Shown: positions 38,555 through 55,174 of the stretch, in pieces | Position numbering within the stretch: the first letter of the stretch is position 1 | Layout of the letters: each line of letters starts with the position of its first letter | Assembly: GCA_012974295.1 (NCBI GenBank) | Contig: JAAXQM010000016.1 | Location: 121 to 64,120 of the forward strand | Direction: 5' to 3' | Length of the DNA stretch: 64,000 nucleotides | Source of the DNA: Dehalococcoidales bacterium | GTDB taxonomy: Bacteria; Chloroflexota; Dehalococcoidia; E44-bin15 | Notes under the pieces: model-generated | Databases searched by the model: none | Told to the model about the DNA's origin: nothing | Seen by the model: only the letters and a program-made list of their open reading frames with translations | Program-made: the position numbers and the translations under genes

Positions 38555-39571
38555 ATGTTTATCGTTATGCACCAAGGTCATACTGAAAGGGAACTGGCAG
38601 ATATTCTGGAGCAGCTTGCCCACATGGGATTTGCCGGTCATGTATCCCAGGGTGTGGAGCGCACAGTGGTCGGAGTAGTTGGGCAAACCTTCCCGGAGCT
38701 AAAGGAAACGCTGGAGATGTGGCCCGGGGTAGAAGAGGTTGTGCCCATAAGTAAGCCACATAAACTGTCCGGTCGAGAATTTCAGCCCAAGGACACAGTC
38801 ATTAAGGTGGGTGATGTGACCATAGGCGGTGAATCTGTAGTTGTGATAGCCGGCCCGTGCGCAGTTGAGACAGAGGATATGCTTCTGGAGGCTGCACGTG
38901 CAGTGAAAGCGGCAGGAGCTAGCATCCTACGCGGTGGCGCCTTCAAACCATCAACCTCCCCTTATAGCTTTCGCGGTCTTGGTATGGATGGGCTCAAGTT
39001 TCTGGCGCAGGCCAGCAGAGAGACCGGTATGCCCATTATCACCGAGGTGATGAGCCCACAGGATGTAGAGCTAGTGTCACGCTACTCTGACATCCTCCAA
39101 GTGGGGACGCGTAATATGCAGAATTTCGCCCTCCTTGATGAGGTGGGCAAGACCAAGAAGCCAGTTATGCTTAAAAGAGGTCTATCAGCCACCATTCAGG
39201 AGTGGCTGCTCTCAGCGGAATATATCCTCGCACAAGGCAATCGCCAGGTGATGCTGTGCGAGCGAGGCATCAGGACATTCGAAACCTTTACCAGAAATAC
39301 CATGGATATAAGTGCTATCCCCATTATCAAGAAGCTGAGCCACCTGCCCATTATTGCCGACCCCAGCCATGGTACCGGCAAATGGTATCTGGTTACCCCC
39401 ATGTCCATGGCCGCAGTGGCTGCCGGTGCTGATGGGTTGATGATCGAGGTTCACCCCAGCCCAGAGCACGCCCTCAAAGATGGTGCTCAATCGCTCAACT
39501 TCAATAACTTCCAACAACTCATGTCGCGTGTTATTCCCGTAGCAGCGTCGGTGGGACGTAAAATGGCCTGA
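38555..39571 (+). CDS. aroF: 3-deoxy-7-phosphoheptulonate (DAHP) synthase, class I-beta with an N-terminal ferredoxin-like regulatory domain
   Basis: 338 aa with the DAHPS/KDO8PS TIM barrel (GPCAVE, KRG, DPSH motifs) and a ~70 aa N-terminal regulatory domain. The start is the first base after the aroH stop codon. Confidence 0.85.
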   Translation: MFIVMHQGHTERELADILEQLAHMGFAGHVSQGVERTVVGVVGQTFPELKETLEMWPGVEEVVPISKPHKLSGREFQPKDTVIKVGDVTIGGESVVVIAGPCAVETEDMLLEAARAVKAAGASILRGGAFKPSTSPYSFRGLGMDGLKFLAQASRETGMPIITEVMSPQDVELVSRYSDILQVGTRNMQNFALLDEVGKTKKPVMLKRGLSATIQEWLLSAEYILAQGNRQVMLCERGIRTFETFTRNTMDISAIPIIKKLSHLPIIADPSHGTGKWYLVTPMSMAAVAAGADGLMIEVHPSPEHALKDGAQSLNFNNFQQLMSRVIPVAASVGRKMA

Positions 39572-39635
39572 TGATGGGACTCTGAGCTGTAGAAGCATTT
39601 CCGCATATCGATGGTTATAAAATCTGAGGGGGAAT

Positions 39636-40559
39636 ATGCTCGTTGAAGAAGAGCTATCCAGGTCGGTACCAGAAGGGGATACGGCACTTACTATCGGGGT
39701 TCTCGATGGGGTTCATATAGGTCACCAGGCTCTTATTACTAAACTTAAGGAGAAGGCAGCTGCGAAGGAGCTAATAAGCGGGGTGGTAACCTTTCAGCAC
39801 CATCCCCGGCTGGTTTTCTCGCCACAGTCCAAGATTACCTCGTTAACCAGCCTTCAAGAGCGGATTAGGCTCCTAAAAAATCTCGGAGTAGCACATGTCG
39901 TTACCCTCTCTTTTACCCCCGAGCTTTCCCAGCTTAGTGCCCGAGAATTCATCGTGCTGATTAAGCGCTACCTTAAGATGCGGGCACTGGTTATCGGGCC
40001 CGACTTTGCCCTGGGCAAGGGGAGAGAGGGAGATGCCCAAGCCCTTACGGCGCTGGGGGAGGAGCTCAACTTCACTGTTGAGGCAGTGCCTCCTCTGGTA
40101 TGGCATGGGAAGGTGGTGAGCAGCACAGCGATCCGTGGGGCGCTATCCCGAGGCGATGTGACCAAAGCAAATGAACTCTTGGGGCGGCGCTTCGCTCTGA
40201 CAGGACAGGTGTCAAAAGGCGATGGGCGAGGCAAGAGCCTGGGCTTTCCGACAGCAAACCTCATCGCGGACCGAAATCAGGCCCTGCCGGCTGACGGAGT
40301 CTATGCCGCTCGTGTCTTCTATAGTGAAATGGTTTATCAGGCAGTCATAAACATCGGCCTTCGTCCCACCTTCGATGGTCATCATCGCCTTGTCGAGGCT
40401 CACATCCTCGATTTCACCGGGGATCTCTACGGACGAGATATTAACATCGAATTAGTAGAACAGCTGCGTGGAGAGGAGAAGTTTCCAAGCGCCGAGGAGC
40501 TCAAGGCTCAGATAATAAGAGATGTGGCGCAAGCGAAATCACTGCTTGAGCGCTCCTGA
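39636..40559 (+). CDS. ribF: Bifunctional riboflavin kinase / FMN adenylyltransferase
   Basis: 307 aa with the FAD-synthetase N-domain (GVLDGVHIGH) and a riboflavin kinase C-domain. Confidence 0.9.
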   Translation: MLVEEELSRSVPEGDTALTIGVLDGVHIGHQALITKLKEKAAAKELISGVVTFQHHPRLVFSPQSKITSLTSLQERIRLLKNLGVAHVVTLSFTPELSQLSAREFIVLIKRYLKMRALVIGPDFALGKGREGDAQALTALGEELNFTVEAVPPLVWHGKVVSSTAIRGALSRGDVTKANELLGRRFALTGQVSKGDGRGKSLGFPTANLIADRNQALPADGVYAARVFYSEMVYQAVINIGLRPTFDGHHRLVEAHILDFTGDLYGRDINIELVEQLRGEEKFPSAEELKAQIIRDVAQAKSLLERS

Positions 40560-40589
40560 ATATAGAGGAGAGATTTAGATAACGGGGCA

Positions 40590-41807
40590 ATGGAGAAAAC
40601 AACGACCAGTGAGCCCAACAGGCACCTTCTGAAAAGAGGGGTCGCAGATATTATCATTGAGGAGGAGCTGGTAAAGCTCCTGGAGTCCGGCCGAAAACTT
40701 CGTCTCAAGCAGGGCTTTGACCCCAGCTGCCCCGACATCCACCTTGGACACGTGGTTGGACTGAGAAAGCTGCGTCAGTTTCAGGAACTGGGGCACCAGG
40801 TCATACTCATAGTCGGCGACTGGACCGCTCAGATCGGTGACCCCAGCGGTGTATCGCAGACCCGTCCCATGCTCTCACCGGAAGAGGTACGCTCCAATGC
40901 CGAAACCTATATGAAACAGTTCTTCAAGGTAGTGGATCGGGAAAAGACCCAGGTCGTCTGGCAGAGCGAATGGTTTGGGAAGTTCAGCCTTGCAGATGTT
41001 ATTGGGCTTGCCAGTAAATTCACCGTGGCCCAGATGCTACAGCGGGATGATTTTTCTAAAAGGTATGCCTCAGGGCGTCCCATCGCCGTCACCGAGTTTC
41101 TCTACCCTCTGCTTCAAGCCTATGACTCTGTTGTCATCGAGGCTGACGTCGAGTTCGGGGGCACTGATCAGACCTTCAATTGCCTGGTAGGGCGCGAGCT
41201 TCAGCAGATGATAGGGCAGCCCCCGCAGCAGGTCTTCCTCGTTCCCCTGCTGGTGGGCACAGATGGCAGCATGAAGATGTCGAAAAGCCTGGGGAATTAC
41301 ATTGCCATCGACGAACTACCTGATGAGATATACGGAAAGGTGATGAGCATCCCAGACAACCTTATGATGGATTATTTCGAGCTCCTTTCCGATATCCCCG
41401 ATGAAGAGCTTGCCGAGTTCCGCAAGGCTATTGATAACAACTCGGTGAACCCTATAGTCTTGAAGAAGCGATTGGCTCACGAGCTTGTGGAACAGTTTCA
41501 TGAAAAGAAGGCTGCAAATGAAGCAAAGGCCCATTTCGAGAGGGTAGTTCAGAGGAAAGAGATGCCAGAAGAGATACCTGGAGTTTGTATTGAAATCGGA
41601 TCTGGAACCATTCCAATCTGTGGTCTATGTGTCGAGACAGGCCTTGCAAAGAGCAACAGTGAAGCAAAGCGTCTTCTATCACAAGGAGCCATTCAGATAG
41701 ATGGCGAGCGGGTTAACACCGATACAGTGTGCATTAAAGATGGTAGTGTTATCAAGGTAGGTAAACGACGCTTCGTAAGAATAGTCGATGCCGATAAGCG
41801 ATCATAA
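40590..41807 (+). CDS. tyrS: Tyrosine--tRNA ligase
   Basis: HLGH (HIGH) and KMSKS motifs, with a C-terminal S4 domain. Confidence 0.95.
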   Translation: MEKTTTSEPNRHLLKRGVADIIIEEELVKLLESGRKLRLKQGFDPSCPDIHLGHVVGLRKLRQFQELGHQVILIVGDWTAQIGDPSGVSQTRPMLSPEEVRSNAETYMKQFFKVVDREKTQVVWQSEWFGKFSLADVIGLASKFTVAQMLQRDDFSKRYASGRPIAVTEFLYPLLQAYDSVVIEADVEFGGTDQTFNCLVGRELQQMIGQPPQQVFLVPLLVGTDGSMKMSKSLGNYIAIDELPDEIYGKVMSIPDNLMMDYFELLSDIPDEELAEFRKAIDNNSVNPIVLKKRLAHELVEQFHEKKAANEAKAHFERVVQRKEMPEEIPGVCIEIGSGTIPICGLCVETGLAKSNSEAKRLLSQGAIQIDGERVNTDTVCIKDGSVIKVGKRRFVRIVDADKRS

Positions 41808-41922
41808 GTTCCCCACGTGCCCTCACCCCCTTCCCTGCTAGAGTACGTAAAAGGATTTCCGACTTCCTATTAGTAACGATTAGCGGTATAATGTTTTAAA
41901 TCGCTAATCTTAGAGGTGTAGC

Positions 41923-42978
41923 ATGCAGTTACGTATTCCCGGGCCAACCCCGCTCCCCGATGAAATACTGAAAGCATTATCGAATCAGATGATCAGTCAT
42001 CGTGGGCCACAGTTCACCGAGATTGTACGAAGAGTCACCGAGAACCTAAGGGATATATTTCAGACCAAGGGGGATATCTTTATCCTCACTTGCTCCGGTA
42101 CCGGCGGCATGGAGGCAGCTATCGTTAATACCCTTTCGCCGGGAGACAAGGTGCTATCAGTGGCAAACGGGGCTTTTGGCGATCGCTTTGCCGATATTGC
42201 CGAGACATTCGGTGCTGAGCTTGAACGGCTCCGTTTTGAATGGGGCACCGCTGTTGACCCACAGGAGGTGCGAAAGACGCTATCCAAGGATGCCGGGATT
42301 AAGGCAGTACTGGTAACCCACAATGAAACCTCCACTGGATTAACCAACGATTTAGAGGCTATAAGCGCTGTTGTTCGAGAATACGATAAGCTCCTTATAG
42401 TAGACGCCATCAGCAGCCTGGGGGCTATCAACCTACCTGTCGACAGGTGGGGATGCGACGTGGTTGTTACAGGCTCGCAGAAGGCATGGATGTCCCCTCC
42501 CGGTCTTGCAATGGTCAGCGTCAGTGAGCGGGCGTGGAAAGCACATGCCAAGGCCAAGATGCCCAGGTTCTACTGGGACTTCGCCAAGGCCAAGAAATCT
42601 CTTGATAAATTACAGACCCCCTTTACCCCTGCCGTATCCATGTTCTATGCCCTCGATGCTGCCCTAGAGCTGTTTCAACGAGAGGGGCTACAAAACATCT
42701 TTGCACGTCATGCCCGTATTGCCGCCAAAACAAGGGACGAAGTGAAATCACTGGGGCTTTCCCTTTTTGCTGATGAAAGATATGCTTCAAACGCGATTAC
42801 AGCGATTAAGGCGACGAAAGGTCTCGACTCAAAGCAGCTTCTCAAGATCCTGCGCGAGGAATACGATACTGTCCTTGCCGGAGGACAGCAGCGGCTGGAT
42901 GGCCAGATCTTGCGTGTCGGCCACCTCGGCTACGGACACGAACAGGATATCGATGCCGTAGTCGATGATTCAAAATGA
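41923..42978 (+). CDS. Class V aminotransferase (serine-pyruvate/alanine-glyoxylate/phosphoserine aminotransferase family). Possibly the SerC-equivalent, given the adjacent serA.
   Basis: 351 aa with the PLP-lysine motif region SGSQKAWMSPPGLA. Confidence 0.8.
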   Translation: MQLRIPGPTPLPDEILKALSNQMISHRGPQFTEIVRRVTENLRDIFQTKGDIFILTCSGTGGMEAAIVNTLSPGDKVLSVANGAFGDRFADIAETFGAELERLRFEWGTAVDPQEVRKTLSKDAGIKAVLVTHNETSTGLTNDLEAISAVVREYDKLLIVDAISSLGAINLPVDRWGCDVVVTGSQKAWMSPPGLAMVSVSERAWKAHAKAKMPRFYWDFAKAKKSLDKLQTPFTPAVSMFYALDAALELFQREGLQNIFARHARIAAKTRDEVKSLGLSLFADERYASNAITAIKATKGLDSKQLLKILREEYDTVLAGGQQRLDGQILRVGHLGYGHEQDIDAVVDDSK

Positions 42979-43226
42979 AGACCGAGGAGATCGGTGTCGG
43001 ATCCCGGTTAGGAATGCGTGGGCTAAGAAATAGGGGCCTGATTGAAATATCAGAAGACCCCAAGAGTGGGGATTTCGTCCTCTTTATCAGTAAAGGCATC
43101 CGTGATAACTGGTACCGGAGGTGGCTCAAGATAAACCTCCCTCAGGGTATGTGGCGGGTGAAGTGTTCAAAGGAGGAGGTCCCCGAGGCAGTGAATAAAT
43201 TCCTCTCTGAAGACATTTTAACATAG
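42975..43226 (+). CDS. Small hypothetical protein (83 aa) between the aminotransferase and serA
   Basis: The ORF start overlaps the upstream stop by 4 bp. Basic, with no recognisable motif. Confidence 0.35.
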   Translation: MKTEEIGVGSRLGMRGLRNRGLIEISEDPKSGDFVLFISKGIRDNWYRRWLKINLPQGMWRVKCSKEEVPEAVNKFLSEDILT

Positions 43227-43282
43227 AGTCGAGTACTCGATTTGATGCAGGTTAAGGGAGAAAACGGAAAGAAGGGGCGGAA

Positions 43283-46913
<3,631 letters not shown>

Positions 46914-46936
46914 AGGAGTGGAAAACGGCTAAGGTA

Positions 46937-47362
46937 TTGATTGTTTACCATTCCCAGACGGGGAATACCGAGGAGATGGCCCAGGCCGTAGCGGAAGGGG
47001 CACGGTCGGTGCCAGGAACGGAGGTCATTCTTAAGCGTGCCTTTGATGCCACCGTTGACGACCTCATAGGCTGCGATGCGGTAGCGTTTGGCACGTCAAC
47101 AAACTTCGGCTACATATCAGGTGGTTTAAAGGACTTCTTCGACCGGAGTCTCGTCCAGTGTCAGGATAAGGCTATAGACAAGCCATACTGTACCTTTACC
47201 AGCAGCGGTATGGGTAAAAGGAAAGCCCTAGATATACTGGATGGCATATGTTCCGCCTTTAAATTGAGGAAGGTTTGCGAAGGTGTCATGGCTCCCGGTA
47301 AAGCCACCCCCGAGATCCTGGAAGAGCTACGGGAGATGGGTAAAAAGCTGGCCACTGCTTAA
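46937..47362 (+). CDS. Flavodoxin-like fold protein (short flavodoxin / WrbA-like). TTG start is uncertain.
   Basis: 141 aa, KVLIVYHSQTGNTEEMA, the typical flavodoxin FMN-binding loop. Confidence 0.7.
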   Translation: MIVYHSQTGNTEEMAQAVAEGARSVPGTEVILKRAFDATVDDLIGCDAVAFGTSTNFGYISGGLKDFFDRSLVQCQDKAIDKPYCTFTSSGMGKRKALDILDGICSAFKLRKVCEGVMAPGKATPEILEELREMGKKLATA

Positions 47363-47477
47363 CCTTTCCTGCTTACTCTAAACCAGGTGAGCCCAAATAA
47401 AAAATAGGCCTACGGGAAATCTAGTATCCAAGCAGAAGGTGCAGCTCAGCATTAACGAATATGTTGCTAGTTTAACG

Positions 47478-48044
47478 ATGAAACTTATTATCGGGTTGGG
47501 AAATCCAGGCAAGAGCTATGCCGGTAACCGCCATAACATGGGATTTCAGTGTCTAGAATACTTCGCGAGTCGTTACCGCATACCCATAAATAAGCGACGG
47601 TTAAGGCTCAAATCGCTGAAGGCTAAATATGGCATGGGCGAGGTTGCAGGCTTGCAGGTGGTGCTTGCCAAACCCCGGACTTACATGAACAACAGCGGGG
47701 AGGCAGTGGGGCAACTGATGCGCCGTTTGGACGTACAGATGGAAAACCTGATCGTGATCTACGATGACATGGACTTGCCCCTGGGCAAACTGCGCATCCG
47801 CCAGAGTGGTGGCGCGGCCGGGCATAATGGCCTCTCCTCAATCATCAGGTCACTGGGGAGCGAGGAGTTCCCCCGCATCCGCGTAGGCATCGGCCGGCCC
47901 GATGTCGATGAGGTATCCTACGTATTAGGCAATTTCACTGCCGAGGAAAAGAATATCGCCAGGGAAACTGTGGTACGGGTCTCCGATGTCATACTTTGCA
48001 TACTGACTGAGGGGCTCGAGGCCGCGATGAATCGCTACAACTAA
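47478..48044 (+). CDS. pth: Peptidyl-tRNA hydrolase. Start is chosen at the internal Met (MKLIIGLGNPG), and the ORF is open from 47439.
   Basis: GLGNPG motif, catalytic His, and the conserved RIRVGIGRP segment. Confidence 0.9.
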   Translation: MKLIIGLGNPGKSYAGNRHNMGFQCLEYFASRYRIPINKRRLRLKSLKAKYGMGEVAGLQVVLAKPRTYMNNSGEAVGQLMRRLDVQMENLIVIYDDMDLPLGKLRIRQSGGAAGHNGLSSIIRSLGSEEFPRIRVGIGRPDVDEVSYVLGNFTAEEKNIARETVVRVSDVILCILTEGLEAAMNRYN

Positions 48045-48215
48045 TCCCGGCTTATTAGTATGGTATAACTTAACAATAGCTATGAGGTCGAGAGTAATGC
48101 TCGTTATATTACAGATCTCATCATGCGCAAATATCAGTGAGGGTTTAAGCGGAATATTTTACAGGTAAAGCTCCACATAAGTACAATTTACCCCATAAGA
48201 GGTAGGAGGTAGATT

Positions 48216-48953
48216 TTGAAAATTGCACAGGTTGCCATGGTTTTACTCTTGGGCATTGTTCTGATGTCCGGATTAGCATGCGGAAATAGCGGCGTGGAGC
48301 CTACACCCACACCAGGACCTGATCCTACCCCTCCTCCAGTGGAGGGGAGTGTTGAGTTACCAGAAGCCTATCAGTACACTAGAGCATGGGCACGAGATGA
48401 TGAAACGATAGTAATGCATATATGGGTAAAAGGTGAGAAATCCAGGGCCGACTGGAGCTTATATGAGACGTCCCCAGCAAAGAACGAGAAGATCAAATTT
48501 ATAGACGACGGCGAATATAAATGGATTTACGAAATGGATGAACATTGGGCCGCTAAGTATCAAACAGAGGATATGGTGCACCCGGCTGAAGAGCACATGC
48601 TGTGGTTTTCCGAAAATTACTACGGCAACATGTCAGAAGGCGATATACTCTCTGCGATGCAGGCTACTTGTGATATTGACACCCAATGTTCTCGCGCGTC
48701 TATCACCGGCCACGAAACCATCGATGGGCAACCTTGCACCAAATATACCTACAGAGCTTATGATGATTCTGAGATTGTCTATTGGATATCGAACAGCGGT
48801 TATCTTGTACAGGTCGAGTATACGGATACCGCGGGTTGGACTACGACTATGAAATTTACCGACATAGACCTGAACCCGAGTGTATCCGATGATATTTTCG
48901 ACATCAGTAAGGTAGCGCCGGGCGCTATAATAGTAGACATGACAGCATCGTGA
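48216..48953 (+). CDS. Predicted lipoprotein of unknown function (lipobox LACG, Pro/Thr-rich linker)
   Basis: 245 aa with the signal peptide MKIAQVAMVLLLGIVLMSGLAC-GNSG, lying in an AT-rich region. Confidence 0.5.
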   Translation: MKIAQVAMVLLLGIVLMSGLACGNSGVEPTPTPGPDPTPPPVEGSVELPEAYQYTRAWARDDETIVMHIWVKGEKSRADWSLYETSPAKNEKIKFIDDGEYKWIYEMDEHWAAKYQTEDMVHPAEEHMLWFSENYYGNMSEGDILSAMQATCDIDTQCSRASITGHETIDGQPCTKYTYRAYDDSEIVYWISNSGYLVQVEYTDTAGWTTTMKFTDIDLNPSVSDDIFDISKVAPGAIIVDMTAS

Positions 48954-49006
48954 GACTCAGAGAGTAATATCGATACATCTGGAATTTCTTGAAGGAGCAT
49001 TAAACT

Positions 49007-50110
49007 GTGAAAGTATTAACTGGAGTCAAGATACCAATCATTCTTGTCGGTTTACTTGCTGTCTGTCTGTATATGTCATGTGCTAATACCGATGAGAGTG
49101 TTGCTTTCCCCGATTCCAACCTTGAGGCTGCGGTGCGCACAGCGATCGATAAGCCGACTGGATCTATATCTAAATTCGACCTAGAAAGCCTGACCGAGCT
49201 CGATGACAACGGAAGCGGTATCATCGACCTAACTGGTTTGGAATATTGCGTTAACCTGACTTCGCTTAATATTACGAGGAATCAGGTTAGTGACATCTCA
49301 CCACTCTCAAAACTTACAAAGCTTACTACCCTATACCTTGAGTATAACGAGAAGATAACAGACGTCTCCGCACTCGCAAATCTCACAAATCTCACGCATT
49401 TAAATATTAAGTACAATAAGATAAAAGACATCAGTCCACTTGCTAATCTCACGAATCTGACCGAATTGACGATTCACAAGAACCACATAGACGACTTCTC
49501 CCCTATCTCTAACCTTACCAACCTGATAACTCTATCTGCAGGGAGGAATCCGGCAAGCGATATATCTTCACTTTCTAACCTCACAAATCTGACGGTGCTC
49601 GCCCTTGACAGATCTGAGGTAGAAGACATTTCTCCTCTTACCAATCTTACAGGCCTGACCAGTCTCGATCTTTACGAGAACCGGATAAACGATATCTCCC
49701 CCCTCTCAAATCTCACAAACCTCGCTAGTCTCACACTTCACGATAATGAGATAAGCGACCTCAGCCCCCTTGCTGCCCTCACAAAGCTGGATTATCTCAC
49801 ACTTTTTGGCAATCAGATAAGCGATATCTCCGCCCTTGCGAATCTTACAAACCTAACCCGCGTCGACCTTTATCACAATGAGATAAGCGACCTCACTCCG
49901 CTTGTTAAACTCACAAAGATGGAATTAATTACTCTTATGCATAATCAGATAAACGATGTCTCCCCGTTATTGAGTCTAAGCGGTCTCGACCCGGCGAACG
50001 CTGTGGATTTACGTGGGAACCCAGTGAGTGAAACCTCGATAAACGTCTATATACCTCAGCTTGAGCAAAGAGGTTTGCATATAATATGGGATCCCCCAGC
50101 TACGCCATAG
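49007..50110 (+). CDS. Internalin-like leucine-rich-repeat lipoprotein (about 13 x 22-aa LRR units)
   Basis: 367 aa with a signal/lipobox (LAVCLYMSC) followed by repeats of the form NLTNLTxLxLxxNxIxDISPLx. The matching ~66 bp DNA periodicity runs across 49240-49990. Confidence 0.8.
   Translation: MKVLTGVKIPIILVGLLAVCLYMSCANTDESVAFPDSNLEAAVRTAIDKPTGSISKFDLESLTELDDNGSGIIDLTGLEYCVNLTSLNITRNQVSDISPLSKLTKLTTLYLEYNEKITDVSALANLTNLTHLNIKYNKIKDISPLANLTNLTELTIHKNHIDDFSPISNLTNLITLSAGRNPASDISSLSNLTNLTVLALDRSEVEDISPLTNLTGLTSLDLYENRINDISPLSNLTNLASLTLHDNEISDLSPLAALTKLDYLTLFGNQISDISALANLTNLTRVDLYHNEISDLTPLVKLTKMELITLMHNQINDVSPLLSLSGLDPANAVDLRGNPVSETSINVYIPQLEQRGLHIIWDPPATP
49240..49990 (+). repeat. Imperfect 66-bp tandem DNA repeats encoding the LRR units
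   Basis: Recurring AATCTCACAAATCTnAC...GATATCTCnCC blocks at a 66-nt spacing. Confidence 0.7.
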
Positions 50111-50403
50111 ATACCAATACTGACCCCAACATCTTAGAAGGAATAACTCTTCTCGTTTGGGAGGTAAACAACCCCCCCGATGGACTCTTTGCAGCTAGTG
50201 TGCACTACGCTTTATCTCAAGACGAGGCAAATGTATACCTCTATCTCCAGAAATAATCCGATACCTTACACAAACAGGAGATATGAAGCGCCAAGATGGG
50301 TAACCTTGATACGATGACAGGCGACCTTTCACGTAAGAAGCATCTCCTCTTCAGTTGCGGCAATTAAGTTCAGGGTGCTATAATCCCATTTAGTCTGTTT
50401 CAC

Positions 50404-50898
50404 ATGGCTATGGACATGGAACGAGGGTTGTTCATTACCGTTATCGGCGCCAGCGACTGCTCCGCCGAGGAGACCAGGCTCGCCGAGGAGGTGGGACGCG
50501 AACTAGCAAGGCGCGGTGTCACTCTAATCTGCGGCGGCTTGGAAGGGGTGATGGAGGCAGCATGTCGTGGGGCCGCCTCTCAAGGTGGTGTTACTATCGG
50601 CATTCTGCCCGGTAACAGCCGTAAGGATGCCAATGCTTACGTTCAAATCCCTATCGTTACCGGCATGGGCTATAGCAGAAACGCCATCGTCGCCAAGTCA
50701 GGTCAGGCGGTTATCGCCATCGGCGGCAGCTACGGGACCCTTTCCGAGATCGCCTATGCGCTGCAAAGTGGCACCCCTGTTATCGGCCTGGGTACCTGGT
50801 CGCTAGCCAGGGGAGGGGTGACGGAAAGCTCAATAATCGTAGCGCTCAATCCAGCGGATGCTGTGGAAAAGGCCCTCGGTTTAATACGGAGGGGCTAA
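50404..50898 (+). CDS. TIGR00725/LOG-like (SLOG) Rossmann-fold family protein
   Basis: 164 aa, FITVIGASDCS...LICGGLEGVMEAA...AIGGSYGTLSEIAYAL. Confidence 0.65.
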   Translation: MAMDMERGLFITVIGASDCSAEETRLAEEVGRELARRGVTLICGGLEGVMEAACRGAASQGGVTIGILPGNSRKDANAYVQIPIVTGMGYSRNAIVAKSGQAVIAIGGSYGTLSEIAYALQSGTPVIGLGTWSLARGGVTESSIIVALNPADAVEKALGLIRRG

Positions 50899-50980
50899 TC
50901 AATGAATTGGAATGCCAGGTATAATAAGAGCCTGGATTGCAACCTAATTTGGCTTAGGGTAATAAGGGCGAAAATGGTGA

Positions 50981-53322
<2,342 letters not shown>

Positions 53323-53344
53323 TAATATTTCCGTAAGTATGTAA

Positions 53345-54370
<1,026 letters not shown>

Positions 54371-54465
54371 TTTTTTCCTTGGATCAACAAAGGTTACACG
54401 GGAGTTTAGAATCACTAATAAGCGTTAGCCAGTAATTCATACGGAGCCAGGATCATGACGTTAAA

Positions 54466-55104
54466 ATGACAAGTGTAGAGCAATGGAGGCTAATCGGCAA
54501 AGAGCTGGCAACTCATATTCCCTTTACTGTTTTCGGAGCTGTAACGGCGATTGTCTTTATGTTGATTGTAATCTGGGGCGGCTTTCTCGACCAGGTTTCC
54601 CGCTCATCCGAGACGATTTTTTACATCCTCCATCCCGCACATATCGTCTTAAGCGCTGTGGTAACCACGGCGATATATAAAACGCTCGGTAACGGAAAAC
54701 TCTGGGCAGTCATCGTGATCGGTTTCACCGGCAGCATCGGCATCGCTACCCTGAGCGATTCAATCATTCCCTATTTGGGAGCGTGGCTGGCTGTCTTACC
54801 AGGCAGGGAACTTCACATCGGTTTCATTGAAGAACCATGGATCACTATCCCCCCGGCATTTCTAGGCATCGCAATCGGTTTCTGGAGACCGATCACCAAA
54901 TTCCCTCACGCTGGTCACGTTCTGATCAGCACCTGGGCCTCACTATTCTTCATTATTATGGCATTGGGGGAAACAGTAACTTGGCTGCAATATCTTACCA
55001 TCTTTCTCTTCCTATTCCTTGCCGTTTGGATTCCCTGCTGCATGAGCGATATCATTTATCCCCTGCTATTCGTTAGAGGGGCTAAATTCCATCATCACCA
55101 TTAA
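54466..55104 (+). CDS. Integral membrane protein of unknown function with duplicated intramembrane His motifs and a native C-terminal HHHH tail. Start uncertain.
   Basis: 212 aa with about 6 TMS. Contains ILHPAHIV and FPHAGHVL motifs and the C-terminus ...RGAKFHHHH. Confidence 0.4.
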   Translation: MTSVEQWRLIGKELATHIPFTVFGAVTAIVFMLIVIWGGFLDQVSRSSETIFYILHPAHIVLSAVVTTAIYKTLGNGKLWAVIVIGFTGSIGIATLSDSIIPYLGAWLAVLPGRELHIGFIEEPWITIPPAFLGIAIGFWRPITKFPHAGHVLISTWASLFFIIMALGETVTWLQYLTIFLFLFLAVWIPCCMSDIIYPLLFVRGAKFHHHH

Positions 55105-55174
55105 TTCGAATCTAGCGAAACGCGCTAATTTAATATATAATCGAGACACAACCGTCTAGCTAGGAGGAATTTCC

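Noticed and set aside
49240-49990. Regularly spaced ~66-bp repeats. I considered a CRISPR array.
   Set aside because: The repeats are imperfect, have no unique spacers of constant length, and lie inside a long ORF encoding leucine-rich repeats. This is coding tandem repetition, not CRISPR.
55090-55104. The C-terminal HHHH could indicate a cloning-vector His-tag or a synthetic construct
   Set aside because: There is no linker, protease site or vector sequence, and stops and genes continue normally. Only four His are present in a His-rich native membrane protein.
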